A program made the translations under genes and the position numbers. Shown here piece by piece: positions 8,824 to 19,032 of a stretch of DNA of 64,000 nt. The stretch is taken from positions 8,558 through 72,557 of the forward strand of contig JBMZJQ010000002.1 of the NCBI GenBank assembly GCA_049617635.1. Reading direction: 5' to 3'. Below the pieces are notes generated by a model. That model was given only the letters and a program-made list of their open reading frames with translations. It searched no databases and was not told the origin of the DNA. Position 1 is the first letter of the stretch; every line of letters begins with the position of its first letter. The stretch is from Poseidonia sp. (GTDB lineage: Archaea > Thermoplasmatota > Poseidoniia > Poseidoniales > Poseidoniaceae).

Positions 8824-11800
8824 ATGCTGGTTCGACGGAGTCTGGGTCTCGTGGTCTTGTTGTTGGCCATGTCCTTTTCTCATCCAGTCAACACCTTGTC
8901 TGACCTTGCCCAACCGCACACCAGTCCGAGCAATCCAACGGGTGTTGATGTGACGGTCACAGGTGTGGATGTTGCTTACACCAGCAATTCTGGCTCAGCG
9001 CTGTACAAGATGTTTTCATCAAACCATCCCATTCTCGGTTTCAATCGACCGGCAAATCTCTACGTCATTGACGGCATGCTCAACGTGTCATCGACGCTCA
9101 CCATCACCGTTGAAAACATTGGCGTTGCCGCTTCCGGCGTTATTGACATCAATGTGCTCCTTCTTCACAACGAATACTCCTACTTTGAATTCGTGAACAC
9201 CAGTGTGCAGATGGCACAGTTGTTTGGCGGAGATAGCAACACCGCAAGCGTCGCCATCACCCCGAGTTATGCCGGCAACCACACCCTCGTGGTCCGTGCA
9301 ACTTCGGCTGTATCCGATGATGTTCCGAGCAACGATGCATTGAGCGAAGGATTCACGGTTGGCTTTGATTACTTCAACTGCGACTCGAGTAGCGCATGGA
9401 CGTTTGGTTCGGGATGGAGCATGAGCACTGATACATCTCTATCTCAGGGGAGAAGTTGCCATGTAGGTAACGGTCAATCATCAACCTACAGCAACAACAT
9501 GATTGCAAGTCTAACCACGCCTGTCATGGATCTATCAGATGCCATCAGCAGTCCATTGCGAACAAACGGATTGAGTTTCTACTACACCGGAAGTTCAGCT
9601 GCCAATGACAAACTCACCATGTACGGAAGAAATGCCTTTGGCGCCTGGAGTGAAATCGGGTCGTTCAGCGGAACGATTGATCAAGTCTTTACAGACGGTG
9701 CGAATTGGAACACGTTTAGCATCAATGACAAGGGCGCAACCTCCCCGTTGGTCCCCGTCAGTTCAGATTTGTTCCACAGCACGTCGCAATTCAAGTACGA
9801 GTTTACATCCGACGCAAGCGGAACCGATATCGGGTTTTACATCGATGACATCGTCCTCGTCTACGACCAAAAGGTCCGGCCCATGGAATACAATGTCTCT
9901 GCGCAAGGCATCTCAACCAACGGCGCTGTTCCAGGAGAGTGGGGGAGCATCACACTGAAGGTCGTCAACACAGGAAACATTACCGAGACGTATCTCCCAG
10001 AGTTGACGGGTTTACCTGCTAGTTGGAACGCCTATTACACCAGACCGTCGGGAACAAGTTTCGATCCTCTTCAAGGGTTGGTCGTGTCACCGGGTGCACC
10101 GCAAGAATTCAACATCATGATTCAACCAGACCCGAACGCCACCGTTGGTTTTCAACAGATGTCGCTCAAGGTAACTTCAGCATCCTATGCCAGCGTTTCT
10201 GACACCCTCCCGGTTCAGTTCTTGGTCAAGGCTGACCGAATCCCTGTCATCCTGACGCCCCCTGTACGACCGAGTTGCCCACCGTCCTACACCTGTACGT
10301 TTGAGGTCGAGATGACCAACGAAGGCGGAGCAACCGATGTCTTCGACCTCGGCGTGGATACAACGAACGTTCCAAACGATTGGAGCATCGCTCTTGCATG
10401 GACGCAGGCTTCGTCGGTCCTGATACGACCCGGCGAGACCGTTGCAGCCCTGTTCACGTTGACGCCACCGTCAGGCGTGGCCCCCGACACTGTTGTCGGA
10501 TTTGATTTGACGCTGACTGCACAAAACGACTCCAGTCGAGTTGACATCAAGGAAATTGAAGTCTCAGCATCCATGATTTCAGACGCAGCCGTTGACATGG
10601 TTGAATCGCTGAAAACCGCAAGAATGATGGTTGATGCCGGTGAACTCATCACCCTCGAATACGAGATTTGGAACAACGCAACCCGTCAGGACATTTTCTC
10701 AATGCGAGTTCAAGTGGATGATCCAGGCAATTGGGTCGTCCATCAACCCACCCGTCCTAACGCCGTGTTGAACGCCGGTACATCCACGACATTCAAAATC
10801 ACCGTTGAGGTTCCAGCGACGGCCCAAGCAAACGACCGCGGACCTGTTATTACGCCCATCATTGAATCAGAGCGAAGTCGAATGGTCATTGAAGGCGACC
10901 CCTACGATGGATTGCGCGTGAGGACAACACACGACATCCAATTATCGCTCATCGATGCACCGACAAAACTAACGCCCGGCGTAGCCAACGAAATCCTTCT
11001 GCAGGTAAGCAACAACGGAAACGGACCATCAACCGTTATCGTTCAAGCCAACGATCTTCCAGAGACCTGGACGTGGTGGTTGACCGAAGACGGGGAAAAC
11101 CTCTCCGGGCCAATCTCCTTGACGGTATCTTACGACTTAGAACATGAGGCCAATATCTCCCTCTGGTTGCTCTTGCCGATGACGGAATCGGCCGGCGAAT
11201 TGCATACAATCGCTATATCAAGCCACCATGAAGGCGAAGGAGATGATGCCAATCCGGCAGACAACGCTGTTGAATTTGTTGCCACGACCGGAGCCGTGCG
11301 CCTTCCATCGGTGGCCTTGACGGACCAAAGTACCTCCACGATGGCAGGTGAATCGATGTTCGCTGAAGCGGTTGTCACCAATGCAGGAAACGCCTTCGAA
11401 AACCGACTGTCCGTCACTGCCAGCGTTTCATCATCGCCTCCTGTGGCCGGACTCATCGCCTTTTTCACCGTTGATGGTGGTGACAAGACAGTTGGTGCGC
11501 CTGCAACTCTTGCCGTCCCTCCCGGTGGTGTTCAAGCGCTCAGACTCGAGGTCTTGATTCCAGATGATGCTCCCCTCAACACACGCTTTGTCCTCCGGTT
11601 TGACTTCGATGGAGCCGTTGACGAAAACGGTCTACCGATGGAAATGATGGTGGAAGCCATGGTGCTGTTGGACCAGCGAAGAAGCATGGACGTTGATGTT
11701 GCGCGAGCCACCAACGATACCGTGGCCTACGGAACGACTGCTCGTGTTTGGGTGAACCACTCATCCACGTCGACCATGGCAGAGTCATACACATTAAGAG

Positions 11801-12348
11801 CCCAAGGTGAAGATGGGTGGCAACTCACCTGCGACAAACGTCTTCTCAACGAAACAGGTTCAACGTACGAGTTGCCCCCGGGCCATATCACTCCACAATT
11901 CAAACAACATTCATGCGAGGTTCTCCGCCTCAGTGGACCACTCACCGGTACGGTGGTGTACACCCTCGCAAATGCGGATGGGTCTCTCTACCAAACCCAC
12001 GAATTATCGTTCACGTTCGCATCTCCACCTGCTGATGAAAGCATGTCGACCACGATGCTGATTGGAGGTGGCGCAGGCCTTCTCGTCTTTGTAGTGACAC
12101 TTCTGATGCTGATGGGCCGGCGCCCTTCCGATAAAGAGAACCCGTTTGAGTCAGAACCGGTTCAATCAGCAGGGCCACCGATCTCCTCGGCACAATCAAC
12201 CCATGCAGACCCACAGGCCGAAGAAGTCGTTTCACAACCACACGCTCAGGCAACAGGGCCCCCTCTCCCACCTGAAGGATTGCCCCCCGGCTGGAGTGAG
12301 GAACAGTGGGCATATTATGGGCAGCAATACCTTGATGGAACGCTTTGA
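8824..12348 (+). CDS. Large cell-surface protein with CARDB/Ig-like repeats, C-terminal TM and Pro/Trp-rich cytoplasmic tail
   Basis: Signal peptide, repeated V.N.GN..D/E...W modules, C-terminal TM, tail GPPLPPEGLPPGWSEEQWAYYGQQYL. Confidence 0.75.
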   Translation: MLVRRSLGLVVLLLAMSFSHPVNTLSDLAQPHTSPSNPTGVDVTVTGVDVAYTSNSGSALYKMFSSNHPILGFNRPANLYVIDGMLNVSSTLTITVENIGVAASGVIDINVLLLHNEYSYFEFVNTSVQMAQLFGGDSNTASVAITPSYAGNHTLVVRATSAVSDDVPSNDALSEGFTVGFDYFNCDSSSAWTFGSGWSMSTDTSLSQGRSCHVGNGQSSTYSNNMIASLTTPVMDLSDAISSPLRTNGLSFYYTGSSAANDKLTMYGRNAFGAWSEIGSFSGTIDQVFTDGANWNTFSINDKGATSPLVPVSSDLFHSTSQFKYEFTSDASGTDIGFYIDDIVLVYDQKVRPMEYNVSAQGISTNGAVPGEWGSITLKVVNTGNITETYLPELTGLPASWNAYYTRPSGTSFDPLQGLVVSPGAPQEFNIMIQPDPNATVGFQQMSLKVTSASYASVSDTLPVQFLVKADRIPVILTPPVRPSCPPSYTCTFEVEMTNEGGATDVFDLGVDTTNVPNDWSIALAWTQASSVLIRPGETVAALFTLTPPSGVAPDTVVGFDLTLTAQNDSSRVDIKEIEVSASMISDAAVDMVESLKTARMMVDAGELITLEYEIWNNATRQDIFSMRVQVDDPGNWVVHQPTRPNAVLNAGTSTTFKITVEVPATAQANDRGPVITPIIESERSRMVIEGDPYDGLRVRTTHDIQLSLIDAPTKLTPGVANEILLQVSNNGNGPSTVIVQANDLPETWTWWLTEDGENLSGPISLTVSYDLEHEANISLWLLLPMTESAGELHTIAISSHHEGEGDDANPADNAVEFVATTGAVRLPSVALTDQSTSTMAGESMFAEAVVTNAGNAFENRLSVTASVSSSPPVAGLIAFFTVDGGDKTVGAPATLAVPPGGVQALRLEVLIPDDAPLNTRFVLRFDFDGAVDENGLPMEMMVEAMVLLDQRRSMDVDVARATNDTVAYGTTARVWVNHSSTSTMAESYTLRAQGEDGWQLTCDKRLLNETGSTYELPPGHITPQFKQHSCEVLRLSGPLTGTVVYTLANADGSLYQTHELSFTFASPPADESMSTTMLIGGGAGLLVFVVTLLMLMGRRPSDKENPFESEPVQSAGPPISSAQSTHADPQAEEVVSQPHAQATGPPLPPEGLPPGWSEEQWAYYGQQYLDGTL

Positions 12349-12360
12349 TGAGGGTGTTCT

Positions 12361-12534
12361 GTGGAAGAATACCCCGCCTTGTGGTACGCTTTGTGGCTGA
12401 TGGTCGCCGTGTGTGGGGTTGGGACATGGTATCTGCGAAACTTCACGCAACGCGTTCATGCAACTCGCCTCATGGCACTCATGGGCACTGCCACGATGCT
12501 GACATTGGTCACGTGGACATGGTCTGAATTTTAG
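12361..12534 (+). CDS. Small 2-TM membrane protein, 57 aa (absent from the ORF track)
   Basis: GTG start preceded by GAGGGTG. Translation (M)EEYPALWYALWLMVAVCGVGTWYLRNFTQRVHATRLMALMGTATMLTLVTWTWSEF. Fills the gap between neighbouring genes. Confidence 0.65.
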   Translation: MEEYPALWYALWLMVAVCGVGTWYLRNFTQRVHATRLMALMGTATMLTLVTWTWSEF

Positions 12535-12542
12535 GTGGTAAC

Positions 12543-13049
12543 ATGGACCGCTTAGCAGGACTGTCGGGTCACCGTTTGGAACATCATTACCCGTGCCGTG
12601 TGCCGGTGTGGTGGGGGCGGACCGGTGATGTTGAGAAAGATCCTGGAATCATTGGCGTCAGTGGACGAAGGGTTGTCATACGAATTCCGAAACAATTCAA
12701 ACGATTGGAAGCCCTGTTTGCAAAATGGTTCCGTGCACCAAGGGAACTACGACGACCACTTGATACCATGAACAGCATGGTTTGGGAACTGTGTGACGGA
12801 TCTCGAACATTTGCAGAAATTTGCGCGGTACTCGATTCGACCTTTCAAGAAGCCATCGCGCCGGTGCTGGAACGAACAACAGCGGCTCTTCGACAATTTG
12901 AAGCCAACAATCTCATGCTCATCTTAGAGGAACCGCTGAACCAACGATGGCATGTAGGGCCAGGCAAGACACCAGAACATCAGGTTCTTGGAGAGTTATC
13001 AAAAGAACTCAACATTGATGCCACGCCCCTCAAAGGTGAAGCTGTTTGA
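12543..13049 (+). CDS. PqqD/RRE-like domain protein
   Basis: LD.MNSMVWELCDGSRTFAEIC..L...F....L..F...NL matches the PqqD-family helical motif; GGTGG SD upstream. Confidence 0.65.
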   Translation: MDRLAGLSGHRLEHHYPCRVPVWWGRTGDVEKDPGIIGVSGRRVVIRIPKQFKRLEALFAKWFRAPRELRRPLDTMNSMVWELCDGSRTFAEICAVLDSTFQEAIAPVLERTTAALRQFEANNLMLILEEPLNQRWHVGPGKTPEHQVLGELSKELNIDATPLKGEAV

Positions 13050-13060
13050 CCAATATTCCG

Positions 13061-13798
13061 TCAATTGGGAGCCCAAACAAGCCGGAAACCCAACCCATCG
13101 GAGCGTTTCTCAAGAGGCGAAGATGAACGTGCCCCGTTTCTCGTCGAATCACTCTCGGTGAACCAAGACCCACCGCGGACTACCTTCCGCGAGGATGAAG
13201 AAACCAAGTATGGTTGTTGACCTCGAACATCGTTCAAATGAGGCACCCAGTCATCGCCACACCACTCGTTGACCAATCCGTTCATGTCAAAAAACCCCCA
13301 AGGATTCGGTTGCTTCAAACCAACTTCCCTCGTATGACCACCGGCGTTTCCGGCATGCCAACCGTAGTCGTCAAGTTCCACATCTTTGTCACCAAAGGCC
13401 CATCGTGTGGTACTGCCTGCTCTCGCGGTGTATTCCCATTCCACTTCCGAAGGCAGACGCCATGCACCTTCCAGTCCAAGACGCGTTTCGCCTTTTTCTC
13501 GTTCGTTCAGGCGGAGCAAAAAACGCTCAATATCATGAAAATTCACGCACTCGACAGGGCGAAGACCTGCACTCCAACCTTCTTGGAATTTTGAGGGATT
13601 TTCGCCCATAACGTCCATCCAATGGGCTTGTGTTACCAAGCGTTCACCCATAAAGAAGGGTTCTTCGATGGTGACCACTGCTGCAGGTTGCTCGACAGGC
13701 GATGCATCGTGCGCTGCGTTTCCGAAAAGAAATGTTCCCGGTTCCACCAGTCGGTAGGTCGCCCCCCAAGCATCGGTAAATGCAGGTGTGGCGTCCAC
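13061..13798 (-). CDS. Formylglycine-generating enzyme (FGE/SUMF1)-fold protein lacking the catalytic cysteines
   Basis: RLPSEVEWEY.AR, PNPWG..DMNGLV.EW, RGGSW, GFRL. The CxxxxC after RGGS is missing. Confidence 0.85.
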   Translation of the reverse strand: MDATPAFTDAWGATYRLVEPGTFLFGNAAHDASPVEQPAAVVTIEEPFFMGERLVTQAHWMDVMGENPSKFQEGWSAGLRPVECVNFHDIERFLLRLNEREKGETRLGLEGAWRLPSEVEWEYTARAGSTTRWAFGDKDVELDDYGWHAGNAGGHTREVGLKQPNPWGFFDMNGLVNEWCGDDWVPHLNDVRGQQPYLVSSSSRKVVRGGSWFTESDSTRNGARSSSPLEKRSDGLGFRLVWAPN

Positions 13799-13813
13799 GA
13801 TGCACCCACTCGC

Positions 13814-14362
13814 TCAATCACGAAGTTTCCCAGCAGCATCAAGAACTGATTTGACCAAGGCGCTCAAGCGCTCCTGAAGAGCGGGATCGTTGAGTTGACC
13901 CTCCTCATCGAACGCTTCCTTGACATGCCCGATGGCCAGTTGTTCAGGAACAGGCCAACCGTGGAGCCAGCGAAGAGAGATTCGCATGTGATTGAGGGTG
14001 TTCGCGTTCGTCACTCCACCAAGCGTTGACATCAATCCGAACACTTTTCCGCCAACGTGTTTGTCGTACATCCAATCCATGGTGTTCTTCATCACACCTG
14101 ACATGGTACCGTGGTACTCGGGTGAGGACAGGAAAAACGCATCGCATTCGGTCAAAAGTTTCTGAAAAGCCTGAACATTCGGGTGGTTCCAACATCCCTC
14201 TTCGCCAACCAGAGGCAAGGGTTGTTCAGCCAAATCCCAAAACACAACCTCAGCTCCATGTTCTGCAGCGAGATTGAGTGCTGCGTTCACGAGCATGCCA
14301 GATTTTGATGTTGCTCGGTATTCTCCTGCGAGGCCCAAAATCTTCAGCGTTGAGGCGGTCAT
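13814..14362 (-). CDS. NADPH-dependent FMN reductase family protein
   Basis: SPEYHGTMSGVMKNTMDW flavodoxin-like motif. Confidence 0.88.
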   Translation of the reverse strand: MTASTLKILGLAGEYRATSKSGMLVNAALNLAAEHGAEVVFWDLAEQPLPLVGEEGCWNHPNVQAFQKLLTECDAFFLSSPEYHGTMSGVMKNTMDWMYDKHVGGKVFGLMSTLGGVTNANTLNHMRISLRWLHGWPVPEQLAIGHVKEAFDEEGQLNDPALQERLSALVKSVLDAAGKLRD

Positions 14363-14468
14363 GTTTGTGCGGAGCGAATGGCGACCTTTGAATGTAGGCA
14401 TCTACCTCATGTCCAACAAGAAGCAAGACTTATTCGGGTTTTCCTTCTCGTCACAATTCGGTGACACC

Positions 14469-16808
14469 ATGAGTGGTGACGAGCAGTCTGATTCTCCTGC
14501 AGAAGCAGTTGAGGACGACCTGGATGACATCGCCCTCGCATCGGTGGATGATGCCATTGCAGCCGTTGAAAATGAGGACGTCCCAGAACCCGTTCCTGAA
14601 ACAAAAAAACCAGCGAGCAACATCATTCCAGAAATCGAGGAAATTGACGACCCGGAAGAAATGGTTCAAATCTTGCTCACCGTTGGTGAAGAGCGAAGTC
14701 GTCACGGCGATGTGAAGGGTGCATTGGCTGCCTTCAACAAAGCCATCGCACTGGATCCTTCAAGCGACATGGCATGGTTCAATCGAGGCGTTTTGTTGGA
14801 GGCTCAACAGGACGCACGTGGAGCCCGTCAATCCTTCCAAATATGCCTTGACCTCAACGAAAACCATGCCCCTGCGACGGCCAACATGGCCATTTTGCTG
14901 GAACGAATAGGTGACCTTGAGGGGGCCTACAACATGGCAGAGCGTGCCTTGAGTTTCTTCCCCGGCCACCCGGCATTGGTCGAATTGCAAGCACGCTGCA
15001 AAGACAGCGGGATCAGCGTCTCCATGGAATCGATGCAACCATCGGTGACCGTTACCCAAGAGGTCGACATGCAGGTCGTGGCCGATATCGCTGAAGAGGC
15101 AGGAATTGAGGACCCTGAAATGTTGTTGCAAGAAGCCGTGCATCACGACCATGATTCTGACGACTCGCTCTCTGTAGAGGAACTGAAAAGCGCAGCAGAA
15201 ATCGTTGTTGCCCAACAAGAAGCGATTACTGAAACCACAGCGCAGCCCATCGAGGACGAGGTTGTTGAACAACCGCAGGACGACGAAGAACCCGTTTCAG
15301 AAGATGTGCTTGACATGGATGCTCTTGTTGAGGAAGCGACGCAACTGCTCAAGGAAGGTGAACCAAAACAAGCGCTTGGCTTGTTGAAGCCTCATCTCAA
15401 GACCATCGCTGCTGAACATTCGGGAGCATGGCGAATCGCTGGAGGGGCAATGGCTCGACTGAATCTGGACAACCACGCCATTGCCGCCATGACGCACGCG
15501 CAGAATCTCGATCCCAGCCATGCTTCTGGCTGGTTCAATTTGGGGTCGATTCAACAACGTGACGGTCAAGCAAAAGCAGCACTTGAGTCTTACAAACGAG
15601 CAGTTGATGCCGATAATATGTACCTCAAAGCAGCAGAAAAAATGCTCAATCTCGCAGAGGAACAGGGCATGATTGAGCGATTTCTCGAGGCGGGACGATT
15701 GGTTTACGCCATTGAACCAACGCACGAGGCCGTTGAGAAACTTGCATCGATGCTTCTCGACCTTGCCAACGGCGAAAATCAGGTGCTCGAACAAGTAGGA
15801 GGACTGCCCCCAACCCTTCCCGCCGGACCCGAAATGGCCGCTGAGGCATTGGCATACCTTGGTGCGGAGCCTTCACCGAAAAGGGCGCTCGCTCTCTCGT
15901 TGAGCCTCCAACACGGCGATGCTGTCTTGATGTGGAAAGGCCTGATTCAATCGCAACCAGAACATGCCGAACATTGGACTGGACTGGCCCGTGCTTTGGA
16001 ACAGGCAGGTGATCTCGAAACCGCAGCAAAGTGTCACGCAAAAGCTGCCGCCATGGGTTCACCAACTCCAGATGGGGGCACTGACGATGGAGTAAGTGCT
16101 GAGGCACCTGCGGTGGCCCTCGAAGAAGAACCCCAACCTCAAGCCATGGACTTGGAAGATGCTTCATCAACCCTCGCTCCCATCGTTATCACCGAAAATC
16201 CCGTGGTAGAAACCGTTCCACAACCCGCTGTTGCACATGAGCAAGCATCGTTGTTGCTAACACCGGTTGAACAAGCTGTTCAACCAGAGGTGCAAGAGGC
16301 TCGCCCAGAAGTGGACCTTGCAAAAGCAGCACTCGATGCTGCCCAAGCGGTTTCTGCTAACATCCCTCAAACAACCGAATCCAAAGCGATTTCCAACCAA
16401 GACGTCGCTTGGTTCAATCAAGGTGTGCAACTGATTGATGACAAAAAGTATCGTGAAGCACTGTCGTGTTTTGACAAAGCCCTTCCCGCTTTTGCAGGTG
16501 ACGACGCCATGATCATCCGTATCCTCAACAACCGAGGAAACGCCTACTATTTCCTGGAGGATTACCCCAAGTGTGTGGAATCCTATCATCAAGCGATGTT
16601 GATCCGTCCAACCGAAGTTCGAGGAGAAACCCTGTACAACATGGGCACGGCTTACGCTGAAATGGAACGCTATCGTGATGCAATCAAGTGCTTTGAGCAA
16701 GCCATTCCCCGTGGCCTGAGTGAAGAAGCAAAGCGTCGTGCGAAAGACCAAATTCGCCGCTGCAACATCCTCCAGAAAGCCATCGACAAAAAACGGAAGA
16801 GGCGTTAA
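14469..16808 (+). CDS. Acidic tetratricopeptide repeat protein
   Basis: Multiple TPR motifs (AWFNRG, GWFNLG, AWFNQG, ILNNRGNAY, TLYNMG) separated by acidic linkers. Confidence 0.85.
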   Translation: MSGDEQSDSPAEAVEDDLDDIALASVDDAIAAVENEDVPEPVPETKKPASNIIPEIEEIDDPEEMVQILLTVGEERSRHGDVKGALAAFNKAIALDPSSDMAWFNRGVLLEAQQDARGARQSFQICLDLNENHAPATANMAILLERIGDLEGAYNMAERALSFFPGHPALVELQARCKDSGISVSMESMQPSVTVTQEVDMQVVADIAEEAGIEDPEMLLQEAVHHDHDSDDSLSVEELKSAAEIVVAQQEAITETTAQPIEDEVVEQPQDDEEPVSEDVLDMDALVEEATQLLKEGEPKQALGLLKPHLKTIAAEHSGAWRIAGGAMARLNLDNHAIAAMTHAQNLDPSHASGWFNLGSIQQRDGQAKAALESYKRAVDADNMYLKAAEKMLNLAEEQGMIERFLEAGRLVYAIEPTHEAVEKLASMLLDLANGENQVLEQVGGLPPTLPAGPEMAAEALAYLGAEPSPKRALALSLSLQHGDAVLMWKGLIQSQPEHAEHWTGLARALEQAGDLETAAKCHAKAAAMGSPTPDGGTDDGVSAEAPAVALEEEPQPQAMDLEDASSTLAPIVITENPVVETVPQPAVAHEQASLLLTPVEQAVQPEVQEARPEVDLAKAALDAAQAVSANIPQTTESKAISNQDVAWFNQGVQLIDDKKYREALSCFDKALPAFAGDDAMIIRILNNRGNAYYFLEDYPKCVESYHQAMLIRPTEVRGETLYNMGTAYAEMERYRDAIKCFEQAIPRGLSEEAKRRAKDQIRRCNILQKAIDKKRKRR

Positions 16809-16859
16809 TTCGGCCGCTGAAGTGGTCAAGTTCAAAAACGGTGGACTCCTCCCTGTGTC

Positions 16860-17240
16860 ATGGACTGCGGAACATGTGAATCGGCTTCCCCACTTCAAGT
16901 GAACATCCCAGAAGTGGTGGATGTGGAATTGACGATGACCGAGAAGGCAACCTCGATGCTTTCCGATGCCTTCGGTGACGACCGAAGCCATGCGCTTCTG
17001 GTCGGCGTTCTCAGCGGCGGCTGTTCGGGCTACATGTACGATTTGCAAATTGTTGAATCCACGGAAACACCGTGTCAAGAATTGAACATCAACGGATTCC
17101 GCGTGCTCGTTCCAACGGCGTCGAGCCACCTCCTGAACGGGATTGAAATCGACTACGTTGACCGATTGATGGGTGGGGGATTCAAGATCAACAACCCGAA
17201 TGCATCCGCTTCGTGCGGCTGTGGTGAATCCTTTTCCTGA
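16860..17240 (+). CDS. A-type Fe-S cluster carrier (IscA/SufA/ErpA family)
   Basis: GGCSG, IDY, F.INNPNA..SCGCGESF. Confidence 0.93.
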   Translation: MDCGTCESASPLQVNIPEVVDVELTMTEKATSMLSDAFGDDRSHALLVGVLSGGCSGYMYDLQIVESTETPCQELNINGFRVLVPTASSHLLNGIEIDYVDRLMGGGFKINNPNASASCGCGESFS

Positions 17241-17249
17241 GGGCCCACC

Positions 17250-17903
17250 ATGGGCATGGTACAGCACGACGCTTACCTGCTGTTGCTCCAAGGCAGCGAA
17301 TGTTTGGGTTTTCTTGACGGGCTCAGCACCAACGCCGTCAACGGTTCGTGCACGACGGTGTTTACCGAACGTACGGCGAAGATCATCGATGTTTGCGACA
17401 TCATTGAACTTCCGAACGGTGTTGTCGTGGTGGGTTATGGACCAACACGAGAGCGAATGGTCGAGCACCTCCAATCTCGGTTGTTGGGCAGGAACATCAG
17501 CATGACCGATATTTCTCATCTCAACAACGTCTATGTCGGAACCGGTGAGGACTCACCACCACCCAACGCTACGGTTCATTCCAGTTTCTTCGGAACGATG
17601 CTCATCGTGCCCGTGGCAACGCCATACGAGTCGACATGGACAAAAGGCGAATGGGACGAACATCGTATTCAACATCGACTCCCGTTCTATGGTCATGAAA
17701 TCAGCGATCGAGTTCATCCACTGGCGTGCGGCCTTGATGAGCTTGTTCATCCAAACAAGGGCTGTTATGTTGGCCAGGAAGTGCTAACACGGATGCGGAG
17801 CAGAGGTAAACAGGGGCACCGCCTTACGGTCTTGGAAAATCCAGTCGACGACCCAACCACGCTCGGTCAAACGCACAGCATGTGCATCGTTCGAGTTCAG
17901 TAA
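17250..17903 (+). CDS. YgfZ/Iba57-family folate-binding Fe-S maturation protein (short form)
   Basis: KGCYVGQE signature, FLDGLSTN N-terminal motif. Confidence 0.85.
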   Translation: MGMVQHDAYLLLLQGSECLGFLDGLSTNAVNGSCTTVFTERTAKIIDVCDIIELPNGVVVVGYGPTRERMVEHLQSRLLGRNISMTDISHLNNVYVGTGEDSPPPNATVHSSFFGTMLIVPVATPYESTWTKGEWDEHRIQHRLPFYGHEISDRVHPLACGLDELVHPNKGCYVGQEVLTRMRSRGKQGHRLTVLENPVDDPTTLGQTHSMCIVRVQ

Positions 17904-18835
17904 CCCAAAACGTCCACGAGTTGTTTCTTGTAAAATTCTCCTGAACCTTGGAGGGAGGACAATTCGCCTTCGGTGAGTTCGAGTTCAAAAATCCGCTCGA
18001 CCCCGTTTGCACCGATGATGCAAGGAACACCGATGTAGACATTTTCCAAACCATACTGGCCGGTGAGAAGACAAGATGCGGGAAGCAATCGTCGTCGGTC
18101 GTTGAGCACTGATTCTGCCATGACGGCGGCAGCGGAACCAGGGGCGTAAAAGGCTGAACCACGCTCGAGCAATTTCACGATTTCACCGCCACCGCTTGCT
18201 GTTCGAGCACTGATGGCTTCAATGCGTTCTTCTGAAATCAACTGCGTGATCGGAATACCCCCGACCGTGGTGTAACGTGGCAGCGGCACCATGGTGTCAC
18301 CGTGACCACCCAGCACCATCGGTGAAACATCTTCTTCTGCGCACCCCAATTCCAGTGCGATGAAATGGGCCATTCGAGCGCTGTCCAGAACACCGGCTTG
18401 GCCGATGACACGTTCTGGCGGGAAACCCGTTACCTTCTGCATGTGGTAGGTCATCAAATCAAGGGGATTGGTGACGACAATGACCACCGAATTGGGTGCG
18501 TGTTCTTTGATTCCGGCTCCGACTTGCGACACGATGTCAGCGTTTTTCCCGATCAAATCTTCTCGCGTCATGCCAGGTTGGCGAGGAAATCCAGAGGTGA
18601 CAACGATCACGTCCGAATCAGCGATATCGTTGTAGTCTGCGGTTCCGGTGATGCTCCCGTCGTAGTTGAGCACCGATGCATTTTGTGACATGTCGAGCGC
18701 TTTTCCTTTGGCAAACCCTTCGAAAATGTCCAAGAGAACAATGTCTGCAATTTTCATCTGTGCGAGGACAAAAGCGCAGGTTGCACCTACATTTCCAGCA
18801 CCGATGACAGCAATTTTTCTTCGTCCGTTCGCCAC
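17897..18835 (-). CDS. mdh: Malate dehydrogenase (LDH-like)
   Basis: IGAGNVG, GKALD, PRQPGMTREDL, VTNPLD, LDSAR, LGGHGD, GGEIV. Confidence 0.95.
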   Translation of the reverse strand: MANGRRKIAVIGAGNVGATCAFVLAQMKIADIVLLDIFEGFAKGKALDMSQNASVLNYDGSITGTADYNDIADSDVIVVTSGFPRQPGMTREDLIGKNADIVSQVGAGIKEHAPNSVVIVVTNPLDLMTYHMQKVTGFPPERVIGQAGVLDSARMAHFIALELGCAEEDVSPMVLGGHGDTMVPLPRYTTVGGIPITQLISEERIEAISARTASGGGEIVKLLERGSAFYAPGSAAAVMAESVLNDRRRLLPASCLLTGQYGLENVYIGVPCIIGANGVERIFELELTEGELSSLQGSGEFYKKQLVDVLGY

Positions 18836-19032
18836 ATTGACCACCTTCTGTTGGTGACCTGCAGCATTCAGTCCATAAGGACAATGGTGGCCAAATGAGC
18901 TGAAGAAATGAGGGCTGGCTGAAGAAGGTCCAACGATGGCGGCCAATCAATCAAAGCGTCGCATCTAAAAACCTCCTTCCGGTGGGGCGAATTGCACCTC
19001 CAATTCGTTGGTGTGGCCTTGTGGGTGAAATC

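Noticed and set aside
12345..12527. 60-aa ORF in the track
   Set aside because: The alternative frame 12361-12534 has an SD and a clear 2-TM pattern, so it is preferred.
13061..13798. Active formylglycine-generating enzyme or DGR target
   Set aside because: Catalytic cysteines are absent. No sulfatase, reverse transcriptase or template-repeat copy was seen in the window.
16257..17519. 420-aa minus-strand ORF
   Set aside because: Antisense to the TPR, IscA and YgfZ genes; not protein-like.
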